From the IMG/VR virus record IMGVR_UViG_3300037882_003153, positions 1-47,755 of that record: 47,755 nt of DNA, one strand, 5' to 3'. Positions 17,128 to 26,536 of the stretch are shown here, piece after piece. The position numbers and the translations under genes were made by a program. The first letter of the stretch is position 1, and every line of letters begins with the position of its first letter. The notes beneath the pieces are model-generated. The model saw only the letters and a program-made list of their open reading frames with translations, was not told the DNA's origin and did no database searches. The stretch is from a virus. Its lineage: Duplodnaviria; Caudoviricetes.

Positions 17128-20100
17128 ATGAATATGGCCACCTCCCCCCGGTTTACACCGACCTCAAAAAATGCCCCATGCCCAATCTGCGCCAATAGCA
17201 CAGGGCATTGCAAAACTAAGGAGGGGAGCAAGGGCGACACACTGATCCACTGCCACAATCACCCGAATAGTCCTGGCCAGGAAATTAATGGATACAAATG
17301 GATTAAGGGCGATGCCGGGGAGTGGGGGATTTTTGCGCCTGTGGATAGCACCCCCCCAGCAAAGTCCACCGCCTCGAAAGCACCCAAAAAATCGATTACC
17401 AATGGCGTTCGCGATCGCGATGCGGCATTCCGGGCATACATGGCGAACCTCACGTTGCACCCCGACGATCGGGCGGATTTGGTGCGCCGTGGTTTGAGTG
17501 ATGCCCAAATTTTGGCGATGGGGGCAGTGAGTATTGAGGGTAATGATCCGGGCTATATCTGCCCCTGTTACTCGCCGAGCGGATTAATAATCGGTGCCCA
17601 ATGGCGTTTGCGGAATCCCGGTGAGGATGTTCCCCGGTACAAGTGGATTAACTGGATTGGTGGCGGGGCCAAAAATGGCGACGAATTGCCGCTGACGGTT
17701 CACCGACCGATCGAGATTGAAGCGCAGGGTATCGCGATCGTTGAGGGCATCGGGGCCAAATCATTCATCCTGGCCCAGCGATCGGGCATGGTGACGATCG
17801 GGGCTGGCAGCGACAGCCAATTTGTCTCGTCCCCCCAGCATTGGGAAATCATACTAAAAGCGCTGACTGACGAGCAACATATCAACACTCTGACTTTTTA
17901 TCCGGATGCCGGATCGGTGGTTAATGATTCGGTACTGGGAAAGTACAAGCGCTGGTTTGAGTTTGCCGAGAAGTTGGGGTATGCGGTGCAGATCGCGTGG
18001 TGGGGCCAAACCATCAAGGGCGAGGTACCGGATATTGATGAGTTGCCGGAGGATGCCGAGATTGAACTGATCACCGTGGCTGATTTCCTGGCCATGGCTG
18101 CTAACCCACCGAAGGAAACGCTTTGGCCTTGCCTTCCCGCGCATAATCGCCAGATCGGGACGTGGAAGGTCGAGGTATTGGGCAAAAATACCGCTGAAAT
18201 TGCGAAGGCCCAAGACCTGATGGAGCGGGCCAAAACCGACCCCGATATCGTGTTTGTGGGTGAGCACCAGGCCCAAGCTAACGGCGATCAAATGGCGCAT
18301 CCCCTGTGGACTTTCAAGCAATTCACAGCGAAGCTCAATTTTGATTTCGTCGTGACCAAACTGCTGGACGACGTAGACGGTGGATATTTGGGTTTGCGGT
18401 GCAAACTCACCAACGGTGCGCGCCGAGTCGATCGGGAAATCCTAATCAAGAGCACCGATTGCAGCGATGTAAAGACCTGGATCAACGCCATGAAGAAGGC
18501 GATCGGGGGGAACGTTGCCTGCACCCTCCGTATGGATGCCCTGCAAGCGCTGATCCAAAATCGGCAAGCCCAATATCGCAACGCGGGCGGGCGGCATTAT
18601 CGTTTGGCCGATCGCACCGGTCGCCAAAGTGATGGGTATTGGGTGTTCGAGAAAATCCAGTTCGACCCCACCGGGAAAGTTTGCACCGAGGCCGAATCGG
18701 GTTGGGTCTTTAATCGCAACCTCGGCACTGAGGAGCATATTGTTTCCCCGACGATCGCGCCGCAATCAGATACCGCGATCTCCGAATTGATTGGCGCGGC
18801 ACGTGCTTACTATTGCCGCGAAACACTCCCCCAGGCGTTGCTCACGATGGGATATGGCTTCGCCACGATTCACCGGGACGAAATTCTTAAGGATGATGGC
18901 TCATTCCCGCAGCTAAATGTGTTTGGCGATGCTGGCGGCGGGAAGACGCTGGCGGCGCTCATGGCAGGTTCGCCCTTTGGTACCCACGAATCGCCCGTTA
19001 CCGATTTTTCTACGTCGATGATTTATGAGTGGGTGAAGTCGATCGGCTCAATGCCGCTGATCATTGATGATCCAATCAAGCAGGAAAAAACCGATGGCGA
19101 CAAAACCCGGCTGGTGAATAATTTTTGTTGGGCGATGTACGGTAGCGCCCCACGCAAGGTTCGTGGCAATGTCCAAACCCCCCATACCAACGTCATTGTC
19201 ACCTCCAACAAGGCTTTGGGCGAAGACACCAACGCGATCGAATCCCGGTTAATCAAACTCTATTTTCCCAAGGGCAAATTTAACGACAATGCCCACGACC
19301 AAATCACTGCCGCCCTCGCCAATGCCAGCGGTGGGCTAAGCACACTAATTGCCCAACCCTACGACCGAGGCGGCATCCGGGCGATCGCCGCGCAACTTCG
19401 CCAGTTCCTTCCCAATGCCCACGATCGGATTGCGACCAACTTCGCGATCGTCGCGCATTACACTCAGCGACTTTGTGATTTGGCCGGATTTCAGTTTGAT
19501 GTTTTGGGCCACGTAATCAAGGTGGTTTGCCCGCAGGCAGATGAGGCCGGAAGCGCCAAAGATTCGCTGACTGATTTCCTCGAAAAATTGTCGATCCTCC
19601 GGTCGCGGGGCATCGTTGGGGAGTGGAACGTAACACAAATCAAACGGGACTACGAGCCATACCTGGCCGTCCACTTGCCCGACGTTTGGGACATTTTCAC
19701 CAAGAATTTCTCAGTCAATTACAGTCGCCAAAGCATCGAAGCATTAATCACCGAAGCGGGCGGGGAACGTCGGACATTACAGCGATTCGTCCCCAGCGCT
19801 CAAACCTGGGCAGATTACCAGCGGGCCAAAGATGCCCACGATCGGGACACTTCCGACTACAGCCGCCAACCCACCCCACCGAAGAAAACCGCCCAACGTC
19901 ACTGCGCCTTGATCCCGGCGAAATTGCTGGATGCAGCGATCGGCATAGATAGCCTATCCAGCAACTACTCCGATATGCCATCCGAGGCCGCACCACCCAC
20001 AACCCCCACGCCTGAGACGACTGAGACACCTGAGACGACTACCGAAGTCGCCCCGATCGTGGTTGCTGGTGATGTGGCGGTGTTGGTTGAGGATTTGCCC

Positions 20101-20244
20101 GCCGATGGCCTCAAGGCGGGCGATGAAGTGGCGATCGCTGCATTGCATCAGGCGGAGGCGGGCGAGTGGTTCGTCACGGCTTCGGCGCGGGGTGGGTCAG
20201 TGATTTCGATTTGGTTGAGTTCTTTGGTTGTCAAGACGGAGTAA
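17128..20244 (+). CDS. Zn-finger/TOPRIM primase-helicase replication protein
   Basis: CPIC..C..CH Zn finger; IVEG..K and YPDAG TOPRIM (DUF3854-like); Walker A GDAGGGKT, IIDD, VIVTSN, SR helicase motifs. Confidence 0.85.
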   Translation: MNMATSPRFTPTSKNAPCPICANSTGHCKTKEGSKGDTLIHCHNHPNSPGQEINGYKWIKGDAGEWGIFAPVDSTPPAKSTASKAPKKSITNGVRDRDAAFRAYMANLTLHPDDRADLVRRGLSDAQILAMGAVSIEGNDPGYICPCYSPSGLIIGAQWRLRNPGEDVPRYKWINWIGGGAKNGDELPLTVHRPIEIEAQGIAIVEGIGAKSFILAQRSGMVTIGAGSDSQFVSSPQHWEIILKALTDEQHINTLTFYPDAGSVVNDSVLGKYKRWFEFAEKLGYAVQIAWWGQTIKGEVPDIDELPEDAEIELITVADFLAMAANPPKETLWPCLPAHNRQIGTWKVEVLGKNTAEIAKAQDLMERAKTDPDIVFVGEHQAQANGDQMAHPLWTFKQFTAKLNFDFVVTKLLDDVDGGYLGLRCKLTNGARRVDREILIKSTDCSDVKTWINAMKKAIGGNVACTLRMDALQALIQNRQAQYRNAGGRHYRLADRTGRQSDGYWVFEKIQFDPTGKVCTEAESGWVFNRNLGTEEHIVSPTIAPQSDTAISELIGAARAYYCRETLPQALLTMGYGFATIHRDEILKDDGSFPQLNVFGDAGGGKTLAALMAGSPFGTHESPVTDFSTSMIYEWVKSIGSMPLIIDDPIKQEKTDGDKTRLVNNFCWAMYGSAPRKVRGNVQTPHTNVIVTSNKALGEDTNAIESRLIKLYFPKGKFNDNAHDQITAALANASGGLSTLIAQPYDRGGIRAIAAQLRQFLPNAHDRIATNFAIVAHYTQRLCDLAGFQFDVLGHVIKVVCPQADEAGSAKDSLTDFLEKLSILRSRGIVGEWNVTQIKRDYEPYLAVHLPDVWDIFTKNFSVNYSRQSIEALITEAGGERRTLQRFVPSAQTWADYQRAKDAHDRDTSDYSRQPTPPKKTAQRHCALIPAKLLDAAIGIDSLSSNYSDMPSEAAPPTTPTPETTETPETTTEVAPIVVAGDVAVLVEDLPADGLKAGDEVAIAALHQAEAGEWFVTASARGGSVISIWLSSLVVKTE

Positions 20245-20249
20245 GGCTC

Positions 20250-20465
20250 ATGGCAGTGAAAACGCGCTTCGACCCGCCCAAACAAATCCGCATCAACACC
20301 CCCAAGACGCCCGGAGTTTGGGGCGGTGGCTTCTACCACGGCATGAACCTACAAGCGATCGGGATTGACACCGACGACCTAATCATTGTCCCACTGCCAG
20401 CGATCGCCGATCTGCCCGCCTATTTGGGTCGATTCAAACCTGAATACATCATTGCACTGGATTGA
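20250..20465 (+). CDS. Hypothetical protein
   Basis: Fills the gap between the primase and MTase genes with tight spacing. Confidence 0.6.
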   Translation: MAVKTRFDPPKQIRINTPKTPGVWGGGFYHGMNLQAIGIDTDDLIIVPLPAIADLPAYLGRFKPEYIIALD

Positions 20466-20466
20466 A

Positions 20467-21480
20467 ATGACTACTCCCACATTATTACGTGCGCCATTCC
20501 CTTGGTTTGGCGGAAAAGCACTGGCCGCCGATCTCGTTTGGGAAAGATTCGGGGCTGTTCAAAATTATATTGAGCCGTTTTTTGGGTCAGGTGCAATCCT
20601 CCTAAATGCGCCTGCTGAAATTGATTTTGTTGCAACCGTGAACGACATCGATGCTCATGTTGCTAATTTCTGGCGAGCAGTATCAGCCAATCCTGATGCC
20701 GTTGCAGCCAATGCAAATCATCAAGTCAATGAAGCCGACTTGCAGGCACGCCATCAATACTTGGTTGATAATCGCGGCGTGTTGGCGGAAAAGATTAAAG
20801 CCGACCCACGTTATTTTGATGCTGAATTGGCCGGATGGTGGGCGTGGGGTGCTTCTTGCTGGATTGGCAGCGGATGGTGCGCCGATCGCCAAATCCCACA
20901 CCTCGGGAACAAAGGGCAAGGCGTGAAGCGCCAAATCCCACACCTCGGGAACAAAGGGCAAGGCGTGAAGCGCCAAATCCCACACCTCGGGGACAAAGGG
21001 CAGGGGGTGAAGCGCCAAATCCCACACCTCGGGGACAAAGGGCAGGGCGATCGCGGCATATTTTTATCCGAATGGTTTGAGCGACTTAGCGGAAAATTTA
21101 CTGAGGCGCGGATAACCTGCGGAGACTGGAAACGCATTTGCGCGGTGCCGACGATGCTCCGATTTGGCGTTTGCGGCATCGTGCTTGACCCGCCTTATGG
21201 CACCACTGACGAGGTTTATGCACATGATTCGCAATCTGTCGCCGCCGAGGTGCAGGCATGGTGCATCGAAAATGGGGCGCACCCAAAATTAAGAATCGCC
21301 CTCTGCGGTCACGTTGGGCAGCATGAGATTTTGGAATCGCAAGGTTGGCTAGTCGAATCGCCAAAGAAAAATGGCGGGTATCAGGGAACCGACGATCGGG
21401 AACGGATTTGGTTCTCTCCTGCCTGCATCGCCCCATCAAAAAAAATTGAGCAGTTAAACCTGCTGGAGTTCGCCCTATGA
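20467..21480 (+). CDS. Dam/D12-class DNA adenine methyltransferase with internal tandem repeats
   Basis: FPWFGGK, YIEPFFGSGA, VND.D..V.NFW, LDPPY. Confidence 0.9.
   Translation: MTTPTLLRAPFPWFGGKALAADLVWERFGAVQNYIEPFFGSGAILLNAPAEIDFVATVNDIDAHVANFWRAVSANPDAVAANANHQVNEADLQARHQYLVDNRGVLAEKIKADPRYFDAELAGWWAWGASCWIGSGWCADRQIPHLGNKGQGVKRQIPHLGNKGQGVKRQIPHLGDKGQGVKRQIPHLGDKGQGDRGIFLSEWFERLSGKFTEARITCGDWKRICAVPTMLRFGVCGIVLDPPYGTTDEVYAHDSQSVAAEVQAWCIENGAHPKLRIALCGHVGQHEILESQGWLVESPKKNGGYQGTDDRERIWFSPACIAPSKKIEQLNLLEFAL
20887..21048 (+). repeat. 42-bp in-frame tandem repeat, about 3.9 copies (RQIPHLG[N/D]KGQGVK)
   Basis: Units start at 20887, 20929, 20971 and 21013. Confidence 0.97.
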
Positions 21481-21653
21481 AACGCGGCGATCGAATCACG
21501 ACCAACGAATATCCTGCCGACTACCCTCTGGTGATCGTCGTCGTCGCCGGGGGCAAAGTCGCGATCGGGTCGCCCAAGTGGCCCAAAGGCGCAACCCACC
21601 CCCTCACACCCCAACAAATCAACAGCGTAAATGGCGCTAGAATCGACAGTTGA
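21477..21653 (+). CDS. Small hypothetical protein whose stop is supplied by the IS end
   Basis: MKRGDRITTNEYPADYPLVIVVV...IDS*; ATGA overlap with the MTase gene. Confidence 0.6.
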   Translation: MKRGDRITTNEYPADYPLVIVVVAGGKVAIGSPKWPKGATHPLTPQQINSVNGARIDS

Positions 21654-21800
21654 CACTCCTCAGCCTGAAGGCGTGAGGATTCTTAGTTCAGCGACCGGAC
21701 TTAAATTAAGAGCTTTGCAGCACCTAACCCAGAGGCCCAATCTCCCTAAGCGTTTACGATCTCAAGGATCGAAGTTCCAACGTGCCCCGTTGTACTTATC
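21650..21800 (-). ncRNA. Predicted TnpB omega/reRNA scaffold (5' limit approximate)
   Basis: Established location overlapping the tnpB 3' end and running to the TCAA right end. Confidence 0.6.
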
Positions 21801-22882
21801 CCGCGATTCAGGATATTAATTGCGGCATTATGATCCCTATCCATGACGCATCCACACTGACAAGCATGGGTGCGAGTGGACAGAGACTTCTTAACGATTG
21901 CCCCGCAACTACTGCATTCCTGGCTTGTATAGGCTGGATTCACGGCAATCGTGATCCGACCAAACACCTTCCCGAAGTATTCTAGGAATACTCGAAACTG
22001 ATACCAAGAAGCATCGCTGATTGATTTCGCCAAACAGTGATTCTTAACCATGTTGGACACTCTCAAGTCTTCATAGACGACTACATCGTTTGATGTGATT
22101 ACGCACCGCGCCAATTTGATGGCGTGATCTTTACGCTGTCTACTTATCTTCAGGTGTCGCTTACCCAGAATCACCCTAGCTTTGCGGCGATTGGCAGAAC
22201 CTTTTACTTTCCGGCTTACTAAGCGTTGAGACCGCTTTAATTTGGTCTCACCCTTACGCAGAAAGCGGGGATTCTCCACCATCACGCCGTTTGAGTCGGT
22301 GTAAAACTCTTTCAATCCCATATCTAGCCCAACTGTCTTGTCAGCGATCGGAAGCACTTCTAAACGATCAGCTTGGACGCAGAACTGAACGTAATACCCA
22401 TCAGCCCGTTTAACTAATCGAACTCGCTTGATTTGGTCAATTTGATAGAAGCCAAGGTCGCGAGTCCCTTTTAGTTTGAGCTTGCCGATACCACATTTAT
22501 CGGTAAAGGTGATTGATTTGCAGTCTTCTGAGAGTTTCCAAGAATTAGTCTTGTACTCAACAGAACGGCAATCTTTCTGGAAGCTGGGATAACCAACCTT
22601 CTTGCCTTTTACACCCTTCTTGCAGTTGTCATAGAATCGGGAAATACTAGCCCATGCTCTTTCAGCACTGGCTTGTCTTGCCATTGCGCCTAACTTATTC
22701 GCAAAGTCGAACTCTTTGGCCCAGATAGCACAGTACTTCGAGAGGTCAAACCAAGACTTAGCGCCACCATCCATCCATAGACGAATCGATTTATTGCGAA
22801 TGAATTGACAAATTCTAATCGCTTCATCGACTGCCTTGAACTGTTCAGTTTTGCCGTAAGCCTTGAATTCGAGAACAAGCAT
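21746..22882 (-). CDS. tnpB: RNA-guided endonuclease TnpB
   Basis: RuvC GLDMG, YEDL, DRDHNAA all intact; TSQECSSC...CQCG Zn finger. Confidence 0.95.
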   Translation of the reverse strand: MLVLEFKAYGKTEQFKAVDEAIRICQFIRNKSIRLWMDGGAKSWFDLSKYCAIWAKEFDFANKLGAMARQASAERAWASISRFYDNCKKGVKGKKVGYPSFQKDCRSVEYKTNSWKLSEDCKSITFTDKCGIGKLKLKGTRDLGFYQIDQIKRVRLVKRADGYYVQFCVQADRLEVLPIADKTVGLDMGLKEFYTDSNGVMVENPRFLRKGETKLKRSQRLVSRKVKGSANRRKARVILGKRHLKISRQRKDHAIKLARCVITSNDVVVYEDLRVSNMVKNHCLAKSISDASWYQFRVFLEYFGKVFGRITIAVNPAYTSQECSSCGAIVKKSLSTRTHACQCGCVMDRDHNAAINILNRGISTTGHVGTSILEIVNA

Positions 22883-22999
22883 TTGTGTTTCCTCCTGCGC
22901 TTCCTATGATAACACGCTCATCATAGGGTTGATCAAGGGATCTGCAAAAGATTTTGAAAGTCCCCCTAGAAGGGGGAGGCTCTGACCCCAAATTTTTGG

Positions 23000-23600
23000 T
23001 AGCCCGGAAACGGCTTACGCCTTATAAGCCGTTGCAAGGGGCCGTTACAGGCCATCCTCGCCGCCCTCACCGCGCGTTTAATCGACAGTCGCTCGTTTCC
23101 GATTCCACTCCGCGCGTTTCGCCGCTCGAAATCAAATCTCTCCCTTCCGCCCGATCTGGCCCTTCGCCCGATCGGGTTTTTCGTGTGGTACCACGCTGGG
23201 ATTGCCGCCTCATAAGCGTTTGAGCGAACGGCCTAGCCTGAGTAGATATGGCCCACAATTTGTATCGACACACCAATCGCCCGTCAATACTGCGTTTCAG
23301 CCATTTGTATGCAAGGATCTCTCTTTGTTGCTGGAAATCCTAAGCCCGACCTCAAAAAAAAGATCGGTGCCCTAGATTTCCACCGATCTTTTTTTGAGAT
23401 TTCTCCACATACCTCAGAACCCGGTACCATCCACCACCACACACCTACTTTTGGCTGAAACCCTTATGTAGCAGGGGATAGCTGTGTCTATATATATATA
23501 TTATTATTATTATATTTATAAATATATATATACACAGCTACGAGAATGTACCTGCCAATGTATTTTATGAGTCTCAGCATGAGACTGGCGAAATTGCCTT
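23000..23600. other. Putative replication origin region
   Basis: About 600 bp without a convincing ORF within the replication module; long inverted repeat 23351-23398; nearly pure A/T tract 23489-23532. Confidence 0.5.
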
Positions 23601-23625
23601 GCCGAAGTGGCGGCACTTTGATAGA

Positions 23626-23931
23626 ATGGCGGAAGCTCAAAGAAGCGAGGATTTGCAGGTGAAAAGAACCGAGAAATATCTGAAATCGCAGCATACAGAT
23701 TTGCCCGCTGACTGGGAAGTGTATGCGTTTGAGTGCCTTCCTAAAGGCGCTTACGAATTCACTCATGTCGAAGTCACTGGCGGCGTTCCCCGTCTCCTGA
23801 AGGCGGGGAAACGGAAGGGGCAGAAAACTTGGCGGGACGGCGTTGAGGAGCGAACATTCATCCTAAGTTTCGATGAAATCGATGAATGGGAGAATGGCCA
23901 ATTGGCGCTATTCCGGGAGGCGGGCGAATGA
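23626..23931 (+). CDS. Hypothetical protein
   Basis: ATGA-coupled to the next gene. Confidence 0.65.
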   Translation: MAEAQRSEDLQVKRTEKYLKSQHTDLPADWEVYAFECLPKGAYEFTHVEVTGGVPRLLKAGKRKGQKTWRDGVEERTFILSFDEIDEWENGQLALFREAGE

Positions 23932-24689
23932 CCGAAGTACTGAAATTTCGGGGTATAAGCCTGACCCTGAAGCAATGCAAGGCCCATGCCCGCACCATCC
24001 GCAGCAGGGCCGAGCCTGGGGTGCCACTCAAAGGCGACGATCGGTGGTTCATCGGCGAAATGTGGCGGCTCTACCACGACGGCAACCCCGCGCCCCACCC
24101 ACAATCGATCACAGTCCAAGTCAGTGGGCGGTTTCGGGCGTTTTGCGCTCACTGCGCCGATGGGGAGACTCGGTTTTTCAGTCTCAACATGATCGGGCGC
24201 AGTCGTGACGCCCGCCGCAATCAGCGATTTGGTAGCGCGAGTCGGTATGAAGTTTGGGGCCAGACCATCGCCGCCGTGGACAAAGCCTATACCGATGAGC
24301 GGCAAGTCACCTGCGCCATTACGGGCGATCCACTCCCCCGAGAAAATGCCACGGTTGATCATTGGCCCGTAGGATTTCGATCCATCCTCAATGCCTGGTT
24401 ATCCGCCAACAATCTCGACTGGCGAGACATCGAACTGACCAAGACGCCGAATTGCAGTTATTTCACCGATCGGGAATTGGGTCGATCGTGGCGGGAATAT
24501 CACCGCACCCATGCCCAATACCGCATCGCCTCCGCCGAAGCCAACGAAGCACAAGGAAATCCGCAGCACAATGTACCAACTAGCACCCCGCAATCCGATT
24601 TTGGCGACTGCGCCCACACCTCCGCCCCCACCGTCGCCGGAAATGACGCTGAGGCCGTATCAGGAAGACTTAAAGCGCGAAGTCTATGA
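23928..24689 (+). CDS. DCL/DUF3223-like domain plus HNH-like C-terminal region
   Basis: G..L..DD..F...H......F.....DG....FS pattern, then CAITG..L....VDH...W..YH....N. Confidence 0.55.
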   Translation: MTEVLKFRGISLTLKQCKAHARTIRSRAEPGVPLKGDDRWFIGEMWRLYHDGNPAPHPQSITVQVSGRFRAFCAHCADGETRFFSLNMIGRSRDARRNQRFGSASRYEVWGQTIAAVDKAYTDERQVTCAITGDPLPRENATVDHWPVGFRSILNAWLSANNLDWRDIELTKTPNCSYFTDRELGRSWREYHRTHAQYRIASAEANEAQGNPQHNVPTSTPQSDFGDCAHTSAPTVAGNDAEAVSGRLKARSL

Positions 24690-26400
24690 CCACTACCGTA
24701 AAGGGGAGAAAAGTGTCTTGGTTGTCGCCTCAGGAGGGTTAGGCAAGACGGGAACTGCCGCCTGGATTATGCGCGATCGGTCGGTGCGGGCGAAACGTCC
24801 GGCCCGATCGGTTTTTCTGGTAGAGCGAAATTGCTTGCTAGAGCAAACCCAGAAAACTCTACTCTCCCTCGGTGTGGAGTGCTCAATCATCCAGGGTGCG
24901 CGGAAGGTCAAGTGGGATCACAAATGCATGGTCGCCAGCTTGCAAACTCTCCGCAGTTGGGCAGCGGCGGGAAAAGACGTTAAGGCAATGCTCGGCAAGG
25001 TCGGTTTGTTTGTCCTGGATGAGGCGCACGACGGCGTCGGGCAGGCGATTTATCAACAACTCTACGCCGACTATGCCGATGATGATAAATGCCTGTTTAT
25101 GGGCCTCACCGCCTCACCATGGCGAATGCGGAAAGAAGAATATTTGGGTCGATGGTTTGGGGCAAAAGTCGAATCCCTGCAACCCCCCGACGCCATTAAG
25201 CAAGGGTGGTTGGTGCAAAGCCGGAATTTTAGCCGCAATGGCGTATTTGACCTGACCCAGGTGGGGGCGGGTGATGATGGCGATTATTCGGATAGCCAAC
25301 TGGGAAAACAGGCGATGCGGCCCGAAGCATTGCAATTGATTGTGGATGAGTGGCAACGGCTCGGCGAAGGAAAACCTACGCTCTGTTTTTGCTCCACCGT
25401 GGCACAGGCTAAACTCCAAGCCGAATGTTTTAACGCCGCTGGCATCGCCGCCGATTGGCAATCGGGTAGTGTCGCCAAAGCCAAACGGGAGGCGCAGGAT
25501 CAAGCATTGCGGGACGGGACGATCAAGGTGATTTGTAGCGTGAATACGCAGACCAAGGGGTATGACTGTCCCCCGATCGCCTGCGTGATTTTCGCCCGTG
25601 CCACCAAATCGAAGTCGGCATTTTACCAGGCTGCATGGCGCGGATGTCGCCCGTTCCCCGGCAAAGATTACTACACGATTCTTGATTTCGGCGGGAACTT
25701 GGAGCGGCTTGGGAACCCGATGGGATTTCATGATTACGACATTTCAGAACCGCGCCGTCCCAAGCGATCCGACGACGATGCGGCGATGCTCAAATCTTGC
25801 CCCGAGTGCGGCGCGGAGTTGTCGATTTTTGCCAAGGTCTGCGAGTGCGGCTATGAGTTTGGCCAGGGCGGCGACGAACAGCAAGAGATCTTCGATCCCT
25901 CGCTCTATCAACTGCGCGAATGGTTCGACCCGATCGGGTGCGAACAAATTCAATTTTTGCGTGTGGAAATTCGCCGTTGCTACACCGATAATCTGCCACC
26001 CAATTTAGCTGGCGATAAATTCCGGGAAAGGTTTGGGTTTATTGCTCCAAGGGACTGGCATCGCTGGGCAGTATTTGGGAAACGATCGGGCAAAGCGGCA
26101 CGGGAACAATATCAAATCTACTTGGATCAGCATGGCCCCCATGAATGGTGGCGGCGGGTTTATTTTAATATGGAATTCGGCGGCAAAGGTGAGGGTGAGC
26201 CGACGTTTCTCGCCAAATGGGATCAGCAATGGTGGGATGTGCTTGGGGTTTCCAAGATTGATTCCAAAGCCGTTGTCAAAGCGGCTTATCTCACACTCTG
26301 TAAGCAATGGCACCCGGACGTTTGCGCCGACAAAACCAATGCTGAAGAGCAAATGAAAATCCTGAATAAAGCCTGGTACGACTATCAGAAAGGGATTTGA
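24571..26400 (+). CDS. SF2 (RadD-like) DEAH helicase with Zn ribbon and C-terminal J-domain
   Basis: LRPYQ, GGLGKT, LDEAH, GLTASP, ILDF.GN, CPEC..CECG; WDVLGV...K.AY..L...WHPD....LN.A. Confidence 0.9.
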   Translation: MYQLAPRNPILATAPTPPPPPSPEMTLRPYQEDLKREVYDHYRKGEKSVLVVASGGLGKTGTAAWIMRDRSVRAKRPARSVFLVERNCLLEQTQKTLLSLGVECSIIQGARKVKWDHKCMVASLQTLRSWAAAGKDVKAMLGKVGLFVLDEAHDGVGQAIYQQLYADYADDDKCLFMGLTASPWRMRKEEYLGRWFGAKVESLQPPDAIKQGWLVQSRNFSRNGVFDLTQVGAGDDGDYSDSQLGKQAMRPEALQLIVDEWQRLGEGKPTLCFCSTVAQAKLQAECFNAAGIAADWQSGSVAKAKREAQDQALRDGTIKVICSVNTQTKGYDCPPIACVIFARATKSKSAFYQAAWRGCRPFPGKDYYTILDFGGNLERLGNPMGFHDYDISEPRRPKRSDDDAAMLKSCPECGAELSIFAKVCECGYEFGQGGDEQQEIFDPSLYQLREWFDPIGCEQIQFLRVEIRRCYTDNLPPNLAGDKFRERFGFIAPRDWHRWAVFGKRSGKAAREQYQIYLDQHGPHEWWRRVYFNMEFGGKGEGEPTFLAKWDQQWWDVLGVSKIDSKAVVKAAYLTLCKQWHPDVCADKTNAEEQMKILNKAWYDYQKGI

Positions 26401-26409
26401 TTTGGGCAT

Positions 26410-26439
26410 AAAAAAAGGGGCTTGCACACCCCTTTTTTT
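26410..26439. terminator. Bidirectional terminator
   Basis: aaaaaaagggg/ccccttttttt; a second hairpin aaagccggga/tcccggcttt at about 26482-26505. Confidence 0.75.
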
Positions 26440-26536
26440 GTATCTGTACATCAACCAGCTGCCGATATTATGGCGCACAAAAAAGCCGGGACGAATCCCG
26501 GCTTTAGTTAGAGTTCACATGATGATCAACCGTATT

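Larger units (their letters stand above)
21650..22998 (-). mobile_element. Non-autonomous IS200/IS605-family (IS1341-type) element
   Basis: tnpB only; right end hairpin ending GAGTGTCAA; left end CTAC|CAAAAATTTGGGG with CCCCCTTCTAGGGGG hairpin; more AT-rich than its flanks. Confidence 0.85.

Noticed and set aside
19985-20050. Short ctgagac repeats at the primase 3' end
   Set aside because: They encode an ordinary Pro/Thr/Glu linker
20887-21048. CRISPR array
   Set aside because: Repeats are contiguous with no spacers, in frame within a CDS, and no cas genes are present
15013-21480. Restriction-modification system
   Set aside because: Neither MTase has an adjacent restriction endonuclease; the neighbouring nuclease is RusA-like
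23488-23766. ORF ending in YIYIYKYNNNNIYI
   Set aside because: Translation of the A/T tract, antisense to a better gene
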